A stretch of 64,000 nucleotides of DNA from Alphaproteobacteria bacterium (GTDB taxonomy: Bacteria > Pseudomonadota > Alphaproteobacteria > Rs-D84). Location: contig JAFWJF010000001.1 in NCBI GenBank assembly GCA_017511715.1, positions 2,892 to 66,891 on the forward strand. The letters are read 5' to 3'. A program made the translations under genes and the position numbers. Below are positions 50,001 through 57,041 of this stretch, piece by piece. Position 1 is the first letter of the stretch; each line of letters starts with the position of its first letter. Under the pieces are notes generated by a model. That model did no database searches and was not told where the DNA came from. It saw only the letters and a list, made by a program, of their open reading frames with translations.

Positions 50001-51613
50001 GTGCATCATCTTGTTCAACTGTAAGCAGTGGATATTACTCAACAGGATGTACATCTAATAATAACTGTACAGGACAATCACAGTGTACGGGTGCAACATA
50101 CTGTGCAAGTGGTGTACAAAACAACTGTCCGACAGCAGAAAGCACATGGACACAGGGTACTGGTAATGGATGGACAGCTGTAACACAGTGCTTTGAGACC
50201 AAGAACGCAACAGATGTAAGCAGTTATTGCAGTGCTGGACAATTAAAGAAGAACGCTACGAACACCACGACCTGGGGCGACAGCACAATAAGCACAGCGT
50301 TGAAAGCAAAAGCGGGTTCTATTGTAAGCGGACAAACATGTACACAATGTACAGGTGCCACATTCTCGGCTGGTGATACTGCGACAAGTTGTAGTGCATG
50401 CCCGACTGGATATGATGCGAACACAGATGCTGGCAAGAGCACGAACACACAATGCCAGATAAGTGTGACGGGCGGTCATTATATTGGTACGAAGGGTCAG
50501 ACAAGTTCTAACTGGGATACATGTGCGGCAGGTACATACAAGGCAGCACACACTGTGAACTATAACAGCACAAGTAGTTGTTCGAACTGCGAAGGCAGAA
50601 CGAAGTACAGTGCGGCGGGTGCATCATCTTGTTCAACTGTCACCAGCGGATACTATTCAACCGGTTGTGACACATCGACAAACAATAACTGTACAGGACA
50701 ATCAAAGTGTACTGGAAAAACATATTGCACAAATGGTGTACAGGAAGATTGTCCAGCCGCAGCTGATCACAAACGTACAACGTTCCCAGCAGCATATTAT
50801 TCGCCAACAATTACAAGCACATCCATAATGAGTGCCAGTAGACGCAAGGCAATCACAGAATGTAAGGCTTCTTCGACAATGACTGGGGCACGCGGAACAT
50901 TGATTGATCAAGCAACATATAACCCAACCACAGAAGAATACGACACCACAACATGGTATGGATATTATAATGTTAAACCGGGGTATTATTTGACCACCAC
51001 GGGCAGTTGCGGAACATACGCATACTATCAAAATGCGGAAATTTGTCCAGATGGTGCTTATTGTCCGGGCAAGGCGGGGGTTAAGTGTGATTCTAGCAAC
51101 GAAGCAACCGTTCATACGCCAACATTCGGTCTGGAAGAATGTTCAGCATTGAACAGCGAATATACAAAATCTGATAGTGGGCGCAATGCAGCAACCGATT
51201 GCTATCTGAACACGACAGCAACAAAATATGTTGCAACTGCTGGTGAAAACCAAGTTGATTGTATTGCAGACGGATATTGTCCGGGTAATGTAAAGATATA
51301 TTATAACAGCATTGGTGGACGCACTGCGTGCCCTGCCACAGCACCATATAGTGGCGCGGGTATGTCAAGGCCCGAACAATGCGGACGCAAGTTGCATATT
51401 GGCGATAACGTAATGTATTTGCGTTCTGAAAAAGCAACGACACCTTCGCTGAACGTCAATTTTGGTGGCATGACATATTATGGAAATATGGCAGAAACCC
51501 AAGCAAACATTACAAGTTCTTCAACCAAAGAATTGAAGATTAAATACAAAAATAATAACAAATTGTACTACTTGTGTGATGACACAACCTGTCCAGAGGC
51601 AGACAACGATTAA
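41012..51613 (+). CDS. giant secreted mosaic surface protein (3533 aa): four N-modules with BspA-like LRR blocks, Listeria-Bacteroides repeats, ephrin-receptor-like Cys-rich repeats, conserved C-terminal domain
   Basis: Signal peptide MAGIKPFYNMLKRLIFAIFVVFTANSAFA. Four copies of KFTL..F.FKLSAAGTFYVDCGNGGTLSG...TYTCSW...TIRFGG. LRR repeats LFxxISGAAxxLFxxTFxGCTGLTSIP. Repeats of the form YxITYxxNGG...GYxFKGW. More than 20 C..G.Y..(A)G...C..CPAGKxxxG motifs. Single uninterrupted ORF. Confidence 0.9.
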   Translation: MAGIKPFYNMLKRLIFAIFVVFTANSAFAACASNQIDVNGDGTKCEDVKFTLDLSRSSNITVFNFFMSAKGTFYVDCGNGGTLTSNSATNYPVSGKTVNRTYGTGNVRYSCTWANGSKTQTIRFGGVAEGYSTNTSTAAIRFNYNATQAAYITSVSGNLSAMFPYITNNAQSGAQPRFYMTFDKATNLKSIPDTLFANYTTPATNMFHSTFNNSGLTSIPSNLFSTISGAAEGLFSSTFNGCTGLTSIPGNLFSTISGAANSLFYGTFQNCTGLTSIPSNLFSGVSGGASSMFFFTFKGCTGLTSIPGNLFSTISGAANSLFYGTFSGCTGLTSIPSNLFSTISGAADGLFSNTFNGCTGLTSIPGNLFSGVSGGASSMFSYTFNDCSSISAIPAGLFSGVNQAATGLFMNAFSGSGVSGYIPPTTFSGLISAGSPQSSDMWLDTFSYTNLTATCPQGTTQYMTGYEGGTNGPTWNGMVSCTPNSTTAIAVTLDSAGATTNATPSTIYLRYEDRWYSNSALSVQISSLNTIPSKTGYMFGGFYTQPNGSGIQIINSNGYILQTMEAITFTTTPTTVYAYWIEPKFTLTTSSTNSFQFKLSAAGTFYVDCGNGGTLSGTGASGNTITRADTTEATYTCSWTNSATRTIRFSGAATGYNSSYGVAAIKFNMTDAATDANAALLTGMSGTLGSIFGTVATASTGSVQPAFNKTFYGASNLNASIPSNFFAGVHGAPRGGMFQQTFSGCSSLTGSIPETLFCENTTNPSASNCIYGAPIGAMFEHTFLGCSGLTGSIPEKLFVGIHGAPASYMFSQTFNGCSGLTGSIPEKLFCQNTTSPSASNCIYGAPASSMFALTFYGCSGLTGSIPEKLFVGIHGAPANNMFQQTFYNCSGLTGSIPEKLFCQNTTSPSTSNCIYGAPARAMFFHTFSGCTNLTGLIPQNLFKGIYGAPAENMFNGTFRNDNKLTGITDGTTTTTYVPSTFLSAINNTSATTPATGMFTGTGLASSCPTWAAAATPVWATDAGKPWCEPDIKFTLNTLATNSFQFKLSAAGTFYVDCGNGGRLSVVNGNGTVSGNTITKTGTSWGTFECSWDDTEPQTLRFGGAASGYTASQSGGAIRFNVSDTNQDDDTNAPKITGISGSLGAIFGTIDGTVSPTGAESQPRFYGTFWAASNLAGSIPDELFYGIHGTPISYMFNRTFRGCSSLTGKIPETLFCQNTSNPNASNCIYGAPTQQMFYMTFHGCSGLTGNSSTGYAIPAKLFAGIRGDPSSASSVFGYTFSGCSGLNGQIPETLFCQNPNSPSASNCIYGAPASNMFSFTFQGCTGLTGDGIHAVPVKLFAGLHGAPAPKMFQSTFTGDTGLTGEIPPALFCGGNTNNLSNPSASNCIYGTPATEMFNSTFYNTRITHVDKNMFAGISGTSAEKMFYRTFKSCSSLSYINDTFNTKATTYIPSDFLGGITDGSVTNDATEMFTGTGLTSPCPTGTATATPAWATDAAKPWCAPNTYSITYDMNGGTNYSGAPTTYVYGTSTTINGAPTKSGYIFKGWTGSNGSTPQPTVTIGASATGAKSYTANWETAKFTLTTSGMSDFSFKLSPKGTFYVDCGNGGTLSGQSASGSTVSVNTITRTTTTATTYTCSWASSAGNKTISFGGSATNTTTTYNSDTNVPAIHFLESSNADSIKSVSGNLSAMFPYITSNAQSGAQPRFNRTFYDATHLTSVPDTLFANYTTPATYMFSNTFASSGLTSIPAGLFSRITGAATGLFEGTFSGARLTSVPAGLFAGISGVADSLFNSTFTGTPITSIPENLFAGVSGSASGVFSYAFYRCASLATITNGQTSTTYVPGTFLSDVTGNDNYIGADMFGMTDLADTCPYGMGDTTPAWASDAGKPWCSPNTYTITYSAGQGGVGANQTENVVFGTTFTTKSANTFSKPHATFTGWDTLEYSSAWTQPDTTYTYDLPSDITIAAQWTCDSGYTLNNSTGNCDANSITCDPGFYLKGNTLTCTACPAGKYCAGGTYTHNGTDLGITGDVTAGYFASGGAKVAAPTSNSDCLSGNTCGKCTTDSATGRPAYSTAGAASCSACPAVTGDMASRVISYAGWWSNDIHNAVTGCAAWFNDTDNDATFRVYCYYNTTDGAYGGSNSICQVWHPTACAAGKYDTIESTTEWLASANYTRGKGVDFMNGKVCTNTDAGYYSAEGSLTQTACAAGSYSSAGASTCTACPAGKTTAGTGTAFNTNANTTCSTSCSSIANLKTWNSQTWNSANNTVTNLCTVATCNAGAYKSGNTCPVCGANSWSDDGASSCTACNTTNGYTNSGTTAAAHAGQYSCKTTCAAGKQVASPGEACSTPGGSWYSVQHTVGEGSTSAVQLISNPNVFDCLIGGYATPDTTIQTDHDASTDCRITCSAGSRVTTPNGMCTAITSGNVYMLEHTVAQGSTSPKATSCPTSYTISGSTQADHDAKNDCKITCGAGYVVDTEDGNCIVPEEGFQTGIHTVSAGSVTRIDKDPGMNVPRAGIWYDCLTNYSATGKSAINHDQRSDCKITCNAGTQIATNNATRCTTPTGSWYTEQHTVSAGSTSSPTSCATGYATANTSTATDHDAQADCKIGCSAGYYIPTAGGGCKACPAGKYCTAISGIAETATSAATGNITAGYFASGGAKVATPTSSSDCLSGNTCGTCQGQNGPNGRPLYTDATGGAAQCSECPAVEASLTSRVVSYGYWPDTRDRGIQNCSAKFTDTDPDATFTTECYYRGSNYHESFNCQTAAPTACAAGKYETIRTTDKWGTYYAIGTGVDHMNGKVCTDTDAGYYSAEGSLTQTACATGSYSSAGASTCTACPAGKTTAGTGTAFNTNANTTCSTSCSSITNLKTWNSQTWNSSNNTVTNLCTVATCNAGAYKSGNTCPVCGANSWSDAGASSCTACQTDYTNSGTTATNHAGNASCKITVSGGHYIGTPGQNSTNWGTCDAGTFKAQHTVAYGSTSSCSNCEGRTKYSAAGASSCSTVSSGYYSTGCTSNNNCTGQSQCTGATYCASGVQNNCPTAESTWTQGTGNGWTAVTQCFETKNATDVSSYCSAGQLKKNATNTTTWGDSTISTALKAKAGSIVSGQTCTQCTGATFSAGDTATSCSACPTGYDANTDAGKSTNTQCQISVTGGHYIGTKGQTSSNWDTCAAGTYKAAHTVNYNSTSSCSNCEGRTKYSAAGASSCSTVTSGYYSTGCDTSTNNNCTGQSKCTGKTYCTNGVQEDCPAAADHKRTTFPAAYYSPTITSTSIMSASRRKAITECKASSTMTGARGTLIDQATYNPTTEEYDTTTWYGYYNVKPGYYLTTTGSCGTYAYYQNAEICPDGAYCPGKAGVKCDSSNEATVHTPTFGLEECSALNSEYTKSDSGRNAATDCYLNTTATKYVATAGENQVDCIADGYCPGNVKIYYNSIGGRTACPATAPYSGAGMSRPEQCGRKLHIGDNVMYLRSEKATTPSLNVNFGGMTYYGNMAETQANITSSSTKELKIKYKNNNKLYYLCDDTTCPEADND

Positions 51614-51717
51614 TAATTCTCGTTTGAGACAATCGTTGTCCTGGGCCTGTAAAATGTGCAAGCGCCCCACCCCGCAGCACATATCGCGATAGCGTCCCGC
51701 AAAGAATCAATAAAACA

Positions 51718-51752
51718 CTTGATTTTCTAAATAAAACGGTATAAAATGTGCA
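51718..51752 (+). promoter_or_regulatory. putative promoter of rpsD
   Basis: TTGATT, 17-bp spacer, TAAAAT, followed by a ~110-nt leader. Confidence 0.3.
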
Positions 51753-51863
51753 ACGCTGAATAACCAGAACTGATTAAACAATGGTGTCTTTTGGTCCCAT
51801 TAGCGATAAGGATTCTGTGAAGTGTTCGGCACAAGAAAAACCAAAAACTAAAAGGAATATATT

Positions 51864-52496
51864 ATGGCAAGAGCTGGTGCAAAACGTAGCACACGTAAAC
51901 TTAAAATTGGCCGTTCTTTGGGTGTTAACCTTTGGGGTCAGGCTAAATCTCCATTTAATAAACGCAAATATAAACCAGGACAACATGGTCCAACTTCACG
52001 TGGATCTTCTTCGTCTGATTACGCAAAACAGATGCGCGCAAAACAGACATTAAAAGGTTATTATGGTAATATCGGCGAAAAGAAATTCCATGCTTATTAT
52101 GCAGAAGCAGAAAATATGAAAGGTGACGCACCTGAAAACTTGATTGGTTTGTTGGAAAGACGTTTGGATGCTGTTGTTTACCGTTCCAAATTAGCACCAA
52201 CAGTGTTTTCTGCACGTCAGTTGGTAAGCCACGGTCATATTTATGTTAACGGCAAACGCGTTAAAATTGCTTCTTATCGTGTGAACCCGGGCGATGTTAT
52301 CACTGTCAGTGAAAAAGCAAAACAAATGCCTTTGGTCGTGTTGGCTTTGGAATCTGGTGAACGCAATTTCCCAGACTATATCACAGTGGACAGTGCAAAT
52401 TTCACCGCAACATTTACACGCGTTCCAGCGTTTGAAGACGTTCCATATCCAGTGCAAATGCAACCAGAATTGGTCGTCGAATTCTATTCTCGTTAA
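51864..52496 (+). CDS. rpsD: 30S ribosomal protein S4
   Basis: KYKPGQHGPTSRG and the S4 RNA-binding domain. Monocistronic, as in alphaproteobacteria. Confidence 0.9.
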   Translation: MARAGAKRSTRKLKIGRSLGVNLWGQAKSPFNKRKYKPGQHGPTSRGSSSSDYAKQMRAKQTLKGYYGNIGEKKFHAYYAEAENMKGDAPENLIGLLERRLDAVVYRSKLAPTVFSARQLVSHGHIYVNGKRVKIASYRVNPGDVITVSEKAKQMPLVVLALESGERNFPDYITVDSANFTATFTRVPAFEDVPYPVQMQPELVVEFYSR

Positions 52497-52504
52497 TAGA
52501 AATT

Positions 52505-52535
52505 AATTCTGTTGAAAAAGCCCCACGATTGTGGG
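52505..52535 (+). terminator. rho-independent terminator
   Basis: aaaaagccccacgattgtggggtttttgtttt. Confidence 0.55.
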
Positions 52536-52597
52536 GTTTTTGTTTTGATTTTTTTATATGTTTATGTTATCATTTGTTAAAAATAAAGGTCTTAGGT

Positions 52598-53590
52598 ATG
52601 GATGATAAAATTGTTTTAACAGGTATTAAACCCACAGGTACACCACACATAGGGAATTATATTGGCGCACTGAAGCCCTTGATTGACATGTCGCAAAATC
52701 ACAAAACGATTATGTTTATCGCAGATTTGCACGCACTTAACGCGGTACATGATGCAAAAGAAATTAAACAGCATACTTATGAAATTGCCGCATTGATGAT
52801 TGTAATGGGGTTAAATTTGGAAAATACCGCTTTTTTCCGTCAGTCTGATATTGATGAAATATATAAATTGTCTGAATTTTTAATGAATGTGACACCAAAG
52901 GGACTGATGAACCGCGCCCATTCATACAAGGCGATGGTTGAAAAAAATACTGAAATTGGTACGGATGTCGATGCCGGCGTAAATATGGGGCTTTATACAT
53001 ACCCCGTGCTGATGGCGGCAGATATTTTGCTTTATAATTCTGATATTGTGCCGGTCGGCAAAGACCAAAAACAGCATGTTGAATTTGCACGCGATATTGC
53101 AGGATATTTTAATAATATCTATGGCGAAACTTTCAAATTACCAACACCTGTTATTGGCGAAGAAAGTGGATATCTGCCCGGGCTTGATGGTCGCAAGATG
53201 AGCAAATCTTATGATAATACTATTCCAATGTTCGCGCCAAGCAACGAATTAAAGAAAAAAATTATGCGTATTATCACAGATTCCAAGACCCCTGAAGAAC
53301 CCAAAAACCCGGACGAATCAACAATATTCCAGATTTATAAATTCTTTGCAAATGAACAAGAAATCGCAAAATTCCGTAAAATGTTCCTTGATGGTGGCAT
53401 GGGTTATGGCGATGCAAAAACAATACTATATGAAAAAATAGATTCTGTATTAAACGAACCACGCAAAGAATACGAAAGATTGATGGCAAATAAATCTGAA
53501 ATTGATGCGATTTTAGATGAAGGGGCAAAACGCGCTAAATTTATTGCCGCAAAAACTATCGCAAAAGTAAAAAAGAAAATGTTGGGATAA
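52598..53590 (+). CDS. trpS: tryptophanyl-tRNA synthetase
   Basis: LTGIKPTGTPHIGNYIGA (HIGH-like) and KMSKS motifs. Confidence 0.9.
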   Translation: MDDKIVLTGIKPTGTPHIGNYIGALKPLIDMSQNHKTIMFIADLHALNAVHDAKEIKQHTYEIAALMIVMGLNLENTAFFRQSDIDEIYKLSEFLMNVTPKGLMNRAHSYKAMVEKNTEIGTDVDAGVNMGLYTYPVLMAADILLYNSDIVPVGKDQKQHVEFARDIAGYFNNIYGETFKLPTPVIGEESGYLPGLDGRKMSKSYDNTIPMFAPSNELKKKIMRIITDSKTPEEPKNPDESTIFQIYKFFANEQEIAKFRKMFLDGGMGYGDAKTILYEKIDSVLNEPRKEYERLMANKSEIDAILDEGAKRAKFIAAKTIAKVKKKMLG

Positions 53591-53611
53591 AAAATATAGG
53601 AGAGAGAAAAA

Positions 53612-54349
53612 ATGAAAAAATATATTATTTGGATTTTATCTGTTATTGGTGTTGCTGCCGTTGTGTCTTTGGCTTTTGATTTTATTAAAAAACCAGATGA
53701 AATTCGCAAAATAAATGTAAGTGGCGAATGTTTGACTTCTGTTCCAAAGGACAGAACCGCAATTACTCTGCGCGTGACAACGTTAGATAAAAACGCCGCA
53801 GTTTCTATGAAAATGGCGACTGAAAAAATGGCAGAAATCACAGATTATCTGAAAACTATTGATGTTAAAATGCAAACCACCGAATTCAATTCGTATGAAA
53901 AAACAGAATGGAATCATGTCGCACAAAAATCAGAAAACCTGGGCATAGAAACGCGTATCGCAATTGAAGTTTCTGCTAAAAATCCTGAAATCATAGAAGC
54001 CGTACTGAATAAGTATGCAGGGCAACAAGATGTATTCACCGAAAATTTGCGAATGTTCACAAGCACAGAAGCAATGAAGCCTGCACTTGATAAATGTTTA
54101 TCTGTCGCAGTAGAGGATGCACGCAATCGCGCAAATGCATTGGTTGTCGCAGATAATCTTAAGGCTGGAAAATTGTTATCTGTATCTTATGACAATGTAT
54201 CTTACAACGAAAGACCTGTTGCCAACTATCGTTTAATGGGTGCAAAAATGGCAACTATGGAATCTGCTGCGTTTGATGCCGGCGGAACTATCGTTGGCAA
54301 AGACACAGAAATTACAGTCACAGTATCTGCAACTTTCGAAATAAAATGA
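53612..54349 (+). CDS. SIMPL / DUF541 periplasmic protein (BP26/Omp28-like)
   Basis: Signal anchor, then ITLRVTTLDKNAAVSMKMATEKM...ARNRANALV, the typical SIMPL pattern. Confidence 0.6.
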   Translation: MKKYIIWILSVIGVAAVVSLAFDFIKKPDEIRKINVSGECLTSVPKDRTAITLRVTTLDKNAAVSMKMATEKMAEITDYLKTIDVKMQTTEFNSYEKTEWNHVAQKSENLGIETRIAIEVSAKNPEIIEAVLNKYAGQQDVFTENLRMFTSTEAMKPALDKCLSVAVEDARNRANALVVADNLKAGKLLSVSYDNVSYNERPVANYRLMGAKMATMESAAFDAGGTIVGKDTEITVTVSATFEIK

Positions 54350-55263
54350 ATGATATAATTGCTGAATTTGTTAACTATTTATTAAAAACAAAACACTATT
54401 CAACGCATACCGCAACGGCATACGAAACAGACGTTTGTGATTTTGTCCAATTCTTGAAGCGATTTAATAACGGTAATGCAGAATTATCCGATGTCGCAAA
54501 TGCAGATACTTTCGCATTTCGTGGTTGGATGGCAGATCGTGCAAAACGCGAATTAACACACAAATCAACTGCGCGTGCACTGTCTGGTCTGCGCACATTT
54601 TACAAATGGTTATTGCGTTATAAAAACATCCAAAACGATGCCATAGATTTAATTTCTGCCCCAAAGGTTGAACGCAAATTATCAAAAGCAATAGAGGCAA
54701 CAGATATATCAGATATGCATGCGGCAATACGTTCCCTTGATTTCGAAGAACCATGGATTGCAGCACGCGATTGGGCGTTGATAGTTTTGATATTCGGATG
54801 CGGTTTGCGAATAAGTGAGGCTTTGTCATTAAAAAATTCTGATGTAGCAAATAAACCAGATTCTTTGCGCATAATCGGCAAAGGGAATAAAGAACGTATC
54901 GTGCCGGTTTTGCCTGCCGTGCATGTCGCAATTGAAAAATATATGAAAATAAATCCGTTTGGCACACGAAGTGATGACGCCCTGTTCCGCAGTGTGCGCG
55001 GGCTTCCTATGTCGGCACGAATGGCAGAAAAAGTTGTGGAAAAACTGCGCCATTATTTACAATTACCAGATTATGTGACACCGCATGCGTTGCGTCATAC
55101 CTTTGCAACGGCTTTGCTGGCCGGGGGCGCAGATTTACGAAGCCTGCAAGAATTATTGGGACATTCATCGCTTTCTACTACGCAACTGTACACAAAGGTA
55201 AACATGGCGGAAATTATGGATGCGTATAAACACGCCCACCCAATGGCAAATGAAAACAATTAA
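54346..55263 (+). CDS. tyrosine recombinase XerC/XerD family
   Basis: RALSGLRTFYKWLL, GLRISEALSL, HALRHTFATALLAGGADLRSLQELLGHSSLSTTQLYTKV with catalytic R-H-R-Y. Confidence 0.85.
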   Translation: MNDIIAEFVNYLLKTKHYSTHTATAYETDVCDFVQFLKRFNNGNAELSDVANADTFAFRGWMADRAKRELTHKSTARALSGLRTFYKWLLRYKNIQNDAIDLISAPKVERKLSKAIEATDISDMHAAIRSLDFEEPWIAARDWALIVLIFGCGLRISEALSLKNSDVANKPDSLRIIGKGNKERIVPVLPAVHVAIEKYMKINPFGTRSDDALFRSVRGLPMSARMAEKVVEKLRHYLQLPDYVTPHALRHTFATALLAGGADLRSLQELLGHSSLSTTQLYTKVNMAEIMDAYKHAHPMANENN

Positions 55264-55267
55264 AAAA

Positions 55268-56443
55268 TCAAATAGATTTTTGTTTTAATATACGAATGTA
55301 TTTTTGTATTTCTGTTGTTGCTCCGTGGATTAAGAAAGCTTTTGGACATGCGCATCGTTTAGCATCGGTATCACATTTCATCAAAGAGCATAAATTACAA
55401 TTCATTGTTTGCAAAGCAACACATGCGGGCATCATAGATACTATAGGTTCTTGATATTTGGTGTATAATTTAGAATATTCTTCTGGTTTGTTCTTTCTTA
55501 AATTCATCAAAAATAAATATACCGCACACACATTACGCGCAACACGAGCACATTGTCTACGTTTTCTTCTTGCTTCGTTGCTCGTCTTGCAGTGATCTTC
55601 TTTGTTTGCTTCGTAATATTTTTTGCGTCTTGTTTTTATTTTTGCACTGTTTTCTTGTCTATATTGTTTTTGTTGTGTCAATATGTCATTTTTGTTTTCT
55701 TTATAGTATTTTTTTCTTTTTATACTTCTTTCTTCTGCGTGTTCAGCATTATATTCTCTTTGATGTTGTAAAATTTTATCTTTGTTTTCTTCATAATATG
55801 CTTTGTGTTGAACCTGCCGTTTTGCCTTGTGTTTTTGATACATAGCAGCCAAATACACTTTATAAATATCTTTGCGTTCTTGATAGTCCGCTTTTTTTCT
55901 GGCTAATAATTCTGTTTTGTGTTCCTGATAGTATCTGGTCACTTTTTCGATAATTTTTTCCCTGTTCTTTTTATAATATTTTTTGTCTTTATTTCTTTTT
56001 TTTATTTTTATTTGTTCTGATTTTTCCAACAATATTTCTTTTATTTTATTTGCAACAGGTTTTGTTATCAAACGTGCGTTTTTGTTTGCTTTTCTGGTTG
56101 CCTCATTTAAATGCAACAAACGCTTCAATGTTATTGAAAAAGGTATTTTTAACCAAATTAAACTCACCATATCATTTTTTAGATATGCGGTCCCCGCAAT
56201 CAAATCTATGAAATCAGATTCTGTGAAAATGTCTTCTATGCTTTCTGAAGTTAAAAAAGTTTTTATATCTTTTTCATGTTCGGAATCAAATAAATACCAT
56301 TCTGTAACAACTTCTGCAAAAGAAGAAACGTGTTGCGCCACAGTATTTTTTGTTGCATATGTTATCGCATTTAAACCATCGGCAACACAAACTTTACCTG
56401 ACAATTCTTGAAACAAAGATTCTATTTCAACACTATTTCGCAT
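55268..56443 (-). CDS. K/E/Y-rich tandem-repeat protein with Cys-rich C-terminus, unknown function
   Basis: Roughly 25-aa repeats of the form (R/K)KKYYKENK(D/N)xIxxxQxxYxxE, six or more copies. C-terminus has 9 Cys. Confidence 0.5.
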   Translation of the reverse strand: MRNSVEIESLFQELSGKVCVADGLNAITYATKNTVAQHVSSFAEVVTEWYLFDSEHEKDIKTFLTSESIEDIFTESDFIDLIAGTAYLKNDMVSLIWLKIPFSITLKRLLHLNEATRKANKNARLITKPVANKIKEILLEKSEQIKIKKRNKDKKYYKKNREKIIEKVTRYYQEHKTELLARKKADYQERKDIYKVYLAAMYQKHKAKRQVQHKAYYEENKDKILQHQREYNAEHAEERSIKRKKYYKENKNDILTQQKQYRQENSAKIKTRRKKYYEANKEDHCKTSNEARRKRRQCARVARNVCAVYLFLMNLRKNKPEEYSKLYTKYQEPIVSMMPACVALQTMNCNLCSLMKCDTDAKRCACPKAFLIHGATTEIQKYIRILKQKSI

Positions 56444-56524
56444 ATTATTTACTTTATTTTAAACCATTAATTTTTACATAATAGTACATTTGTCAAATTT
56501 GTCAACAAGACATTCAAATAAAAA

Positions 56525-56556
56525 AATACCGCCTTATTTGGTGGTATTTTTTTTAC
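56525..56556 (-). terminator. terminator downstream of cspA
   Basis: aaaataccgccttatttggtggtatttttttt, a near-palindrome with a T-run. Confidence 0.5.
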
Positions 56557-56569
56557 AATATTTATATTT

Positions 56570-56911
56570 TTATTTTTTCCAAAATGCAAAACCACGTCTT
56601 TCCTTATGTTCTTCACGAGATTTGCGTTCTTCGCGTGCGCGCCTGCGTTCTGCGCGGCGTTCTTGAAATCTTTTTGCAGATTCTTCATCACGTTGTATCA
56701 ATTTCAGAGTTGTCACAGATAATTTTCCATTACGAACTTCTTCATCAAATTCAACGATGTCATTTTCATTCAAGAAACGAATATCTGCTGCCTTTAATGC
56801 AGAAGAATGAACAAATACATCATCTGTATTTCCATCTTCATTTGGAGTGTCCGGGGCAATAAAACCAAAACATTTTTTGCCGTTATACCATTTTACCTTT
56901 CCTTGACGCAT
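56570..56911 (-). CDS. cspA: cold-shock domain protein with charged R/E-rich C-terminal extension
   Basis: GKVKWYNGKKCFGFIAP...DVFVHSSAL (RNP1/RNP2 motifs). Tail RAERRRAREERKSREEHKERRG. Confidence 0.85.
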   Translation of the reverse strand: MRQGKVKWYNGKKCFGFIAPDTPNEDGNTDDVFVHSSALKAADIRFLNENDIVEFDEEVRNGKLSVTTLKLIQRDEESAKRFQERRAERRRAREERKSREEHKERRGFAFWKK

Positions 56912-57010
56912 AATTGTATCCTTTTTATGCTTGGGTTAATGGTTGTTGCGAACCTTTTCAACAACCTGATTATATTTTACATTAAATGCCAAACAAAACG
57001 CAAGAAAAAA

Positions 57011-57035
57011 CGCAGGGGATAAAATCTTATCCCCC
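57011..57035 (-). terminator. terminator downstream of the 468-aa ORF
   Basis: gcaggggataaaatcttatcccc hairpin. The minus strand reads ...tatcccctgcgttttttc. Confidence 0.5.
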
Positions 57036-57041
57036 GACACA

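Noticed and set aside
41012-51613. Dozens of 60-160-aa ORFs on both strands inside the giant gene, including many Cys/His-rich antisense ORFs
   Set aside because: They overlap one uninterrupted 3533-aa ORF with a signal peptide and coherent domain architecture. The antisense ORFs are by-products of repetitive, stop-poor sequence.
55553-56411. F/L/C-rich plus-strand ORFs of 72, 91 and 142 aa
   Set aside because: They are antisense to the K/E-rich repeat protein, which has a start, a stop and a convergent-terminator context.
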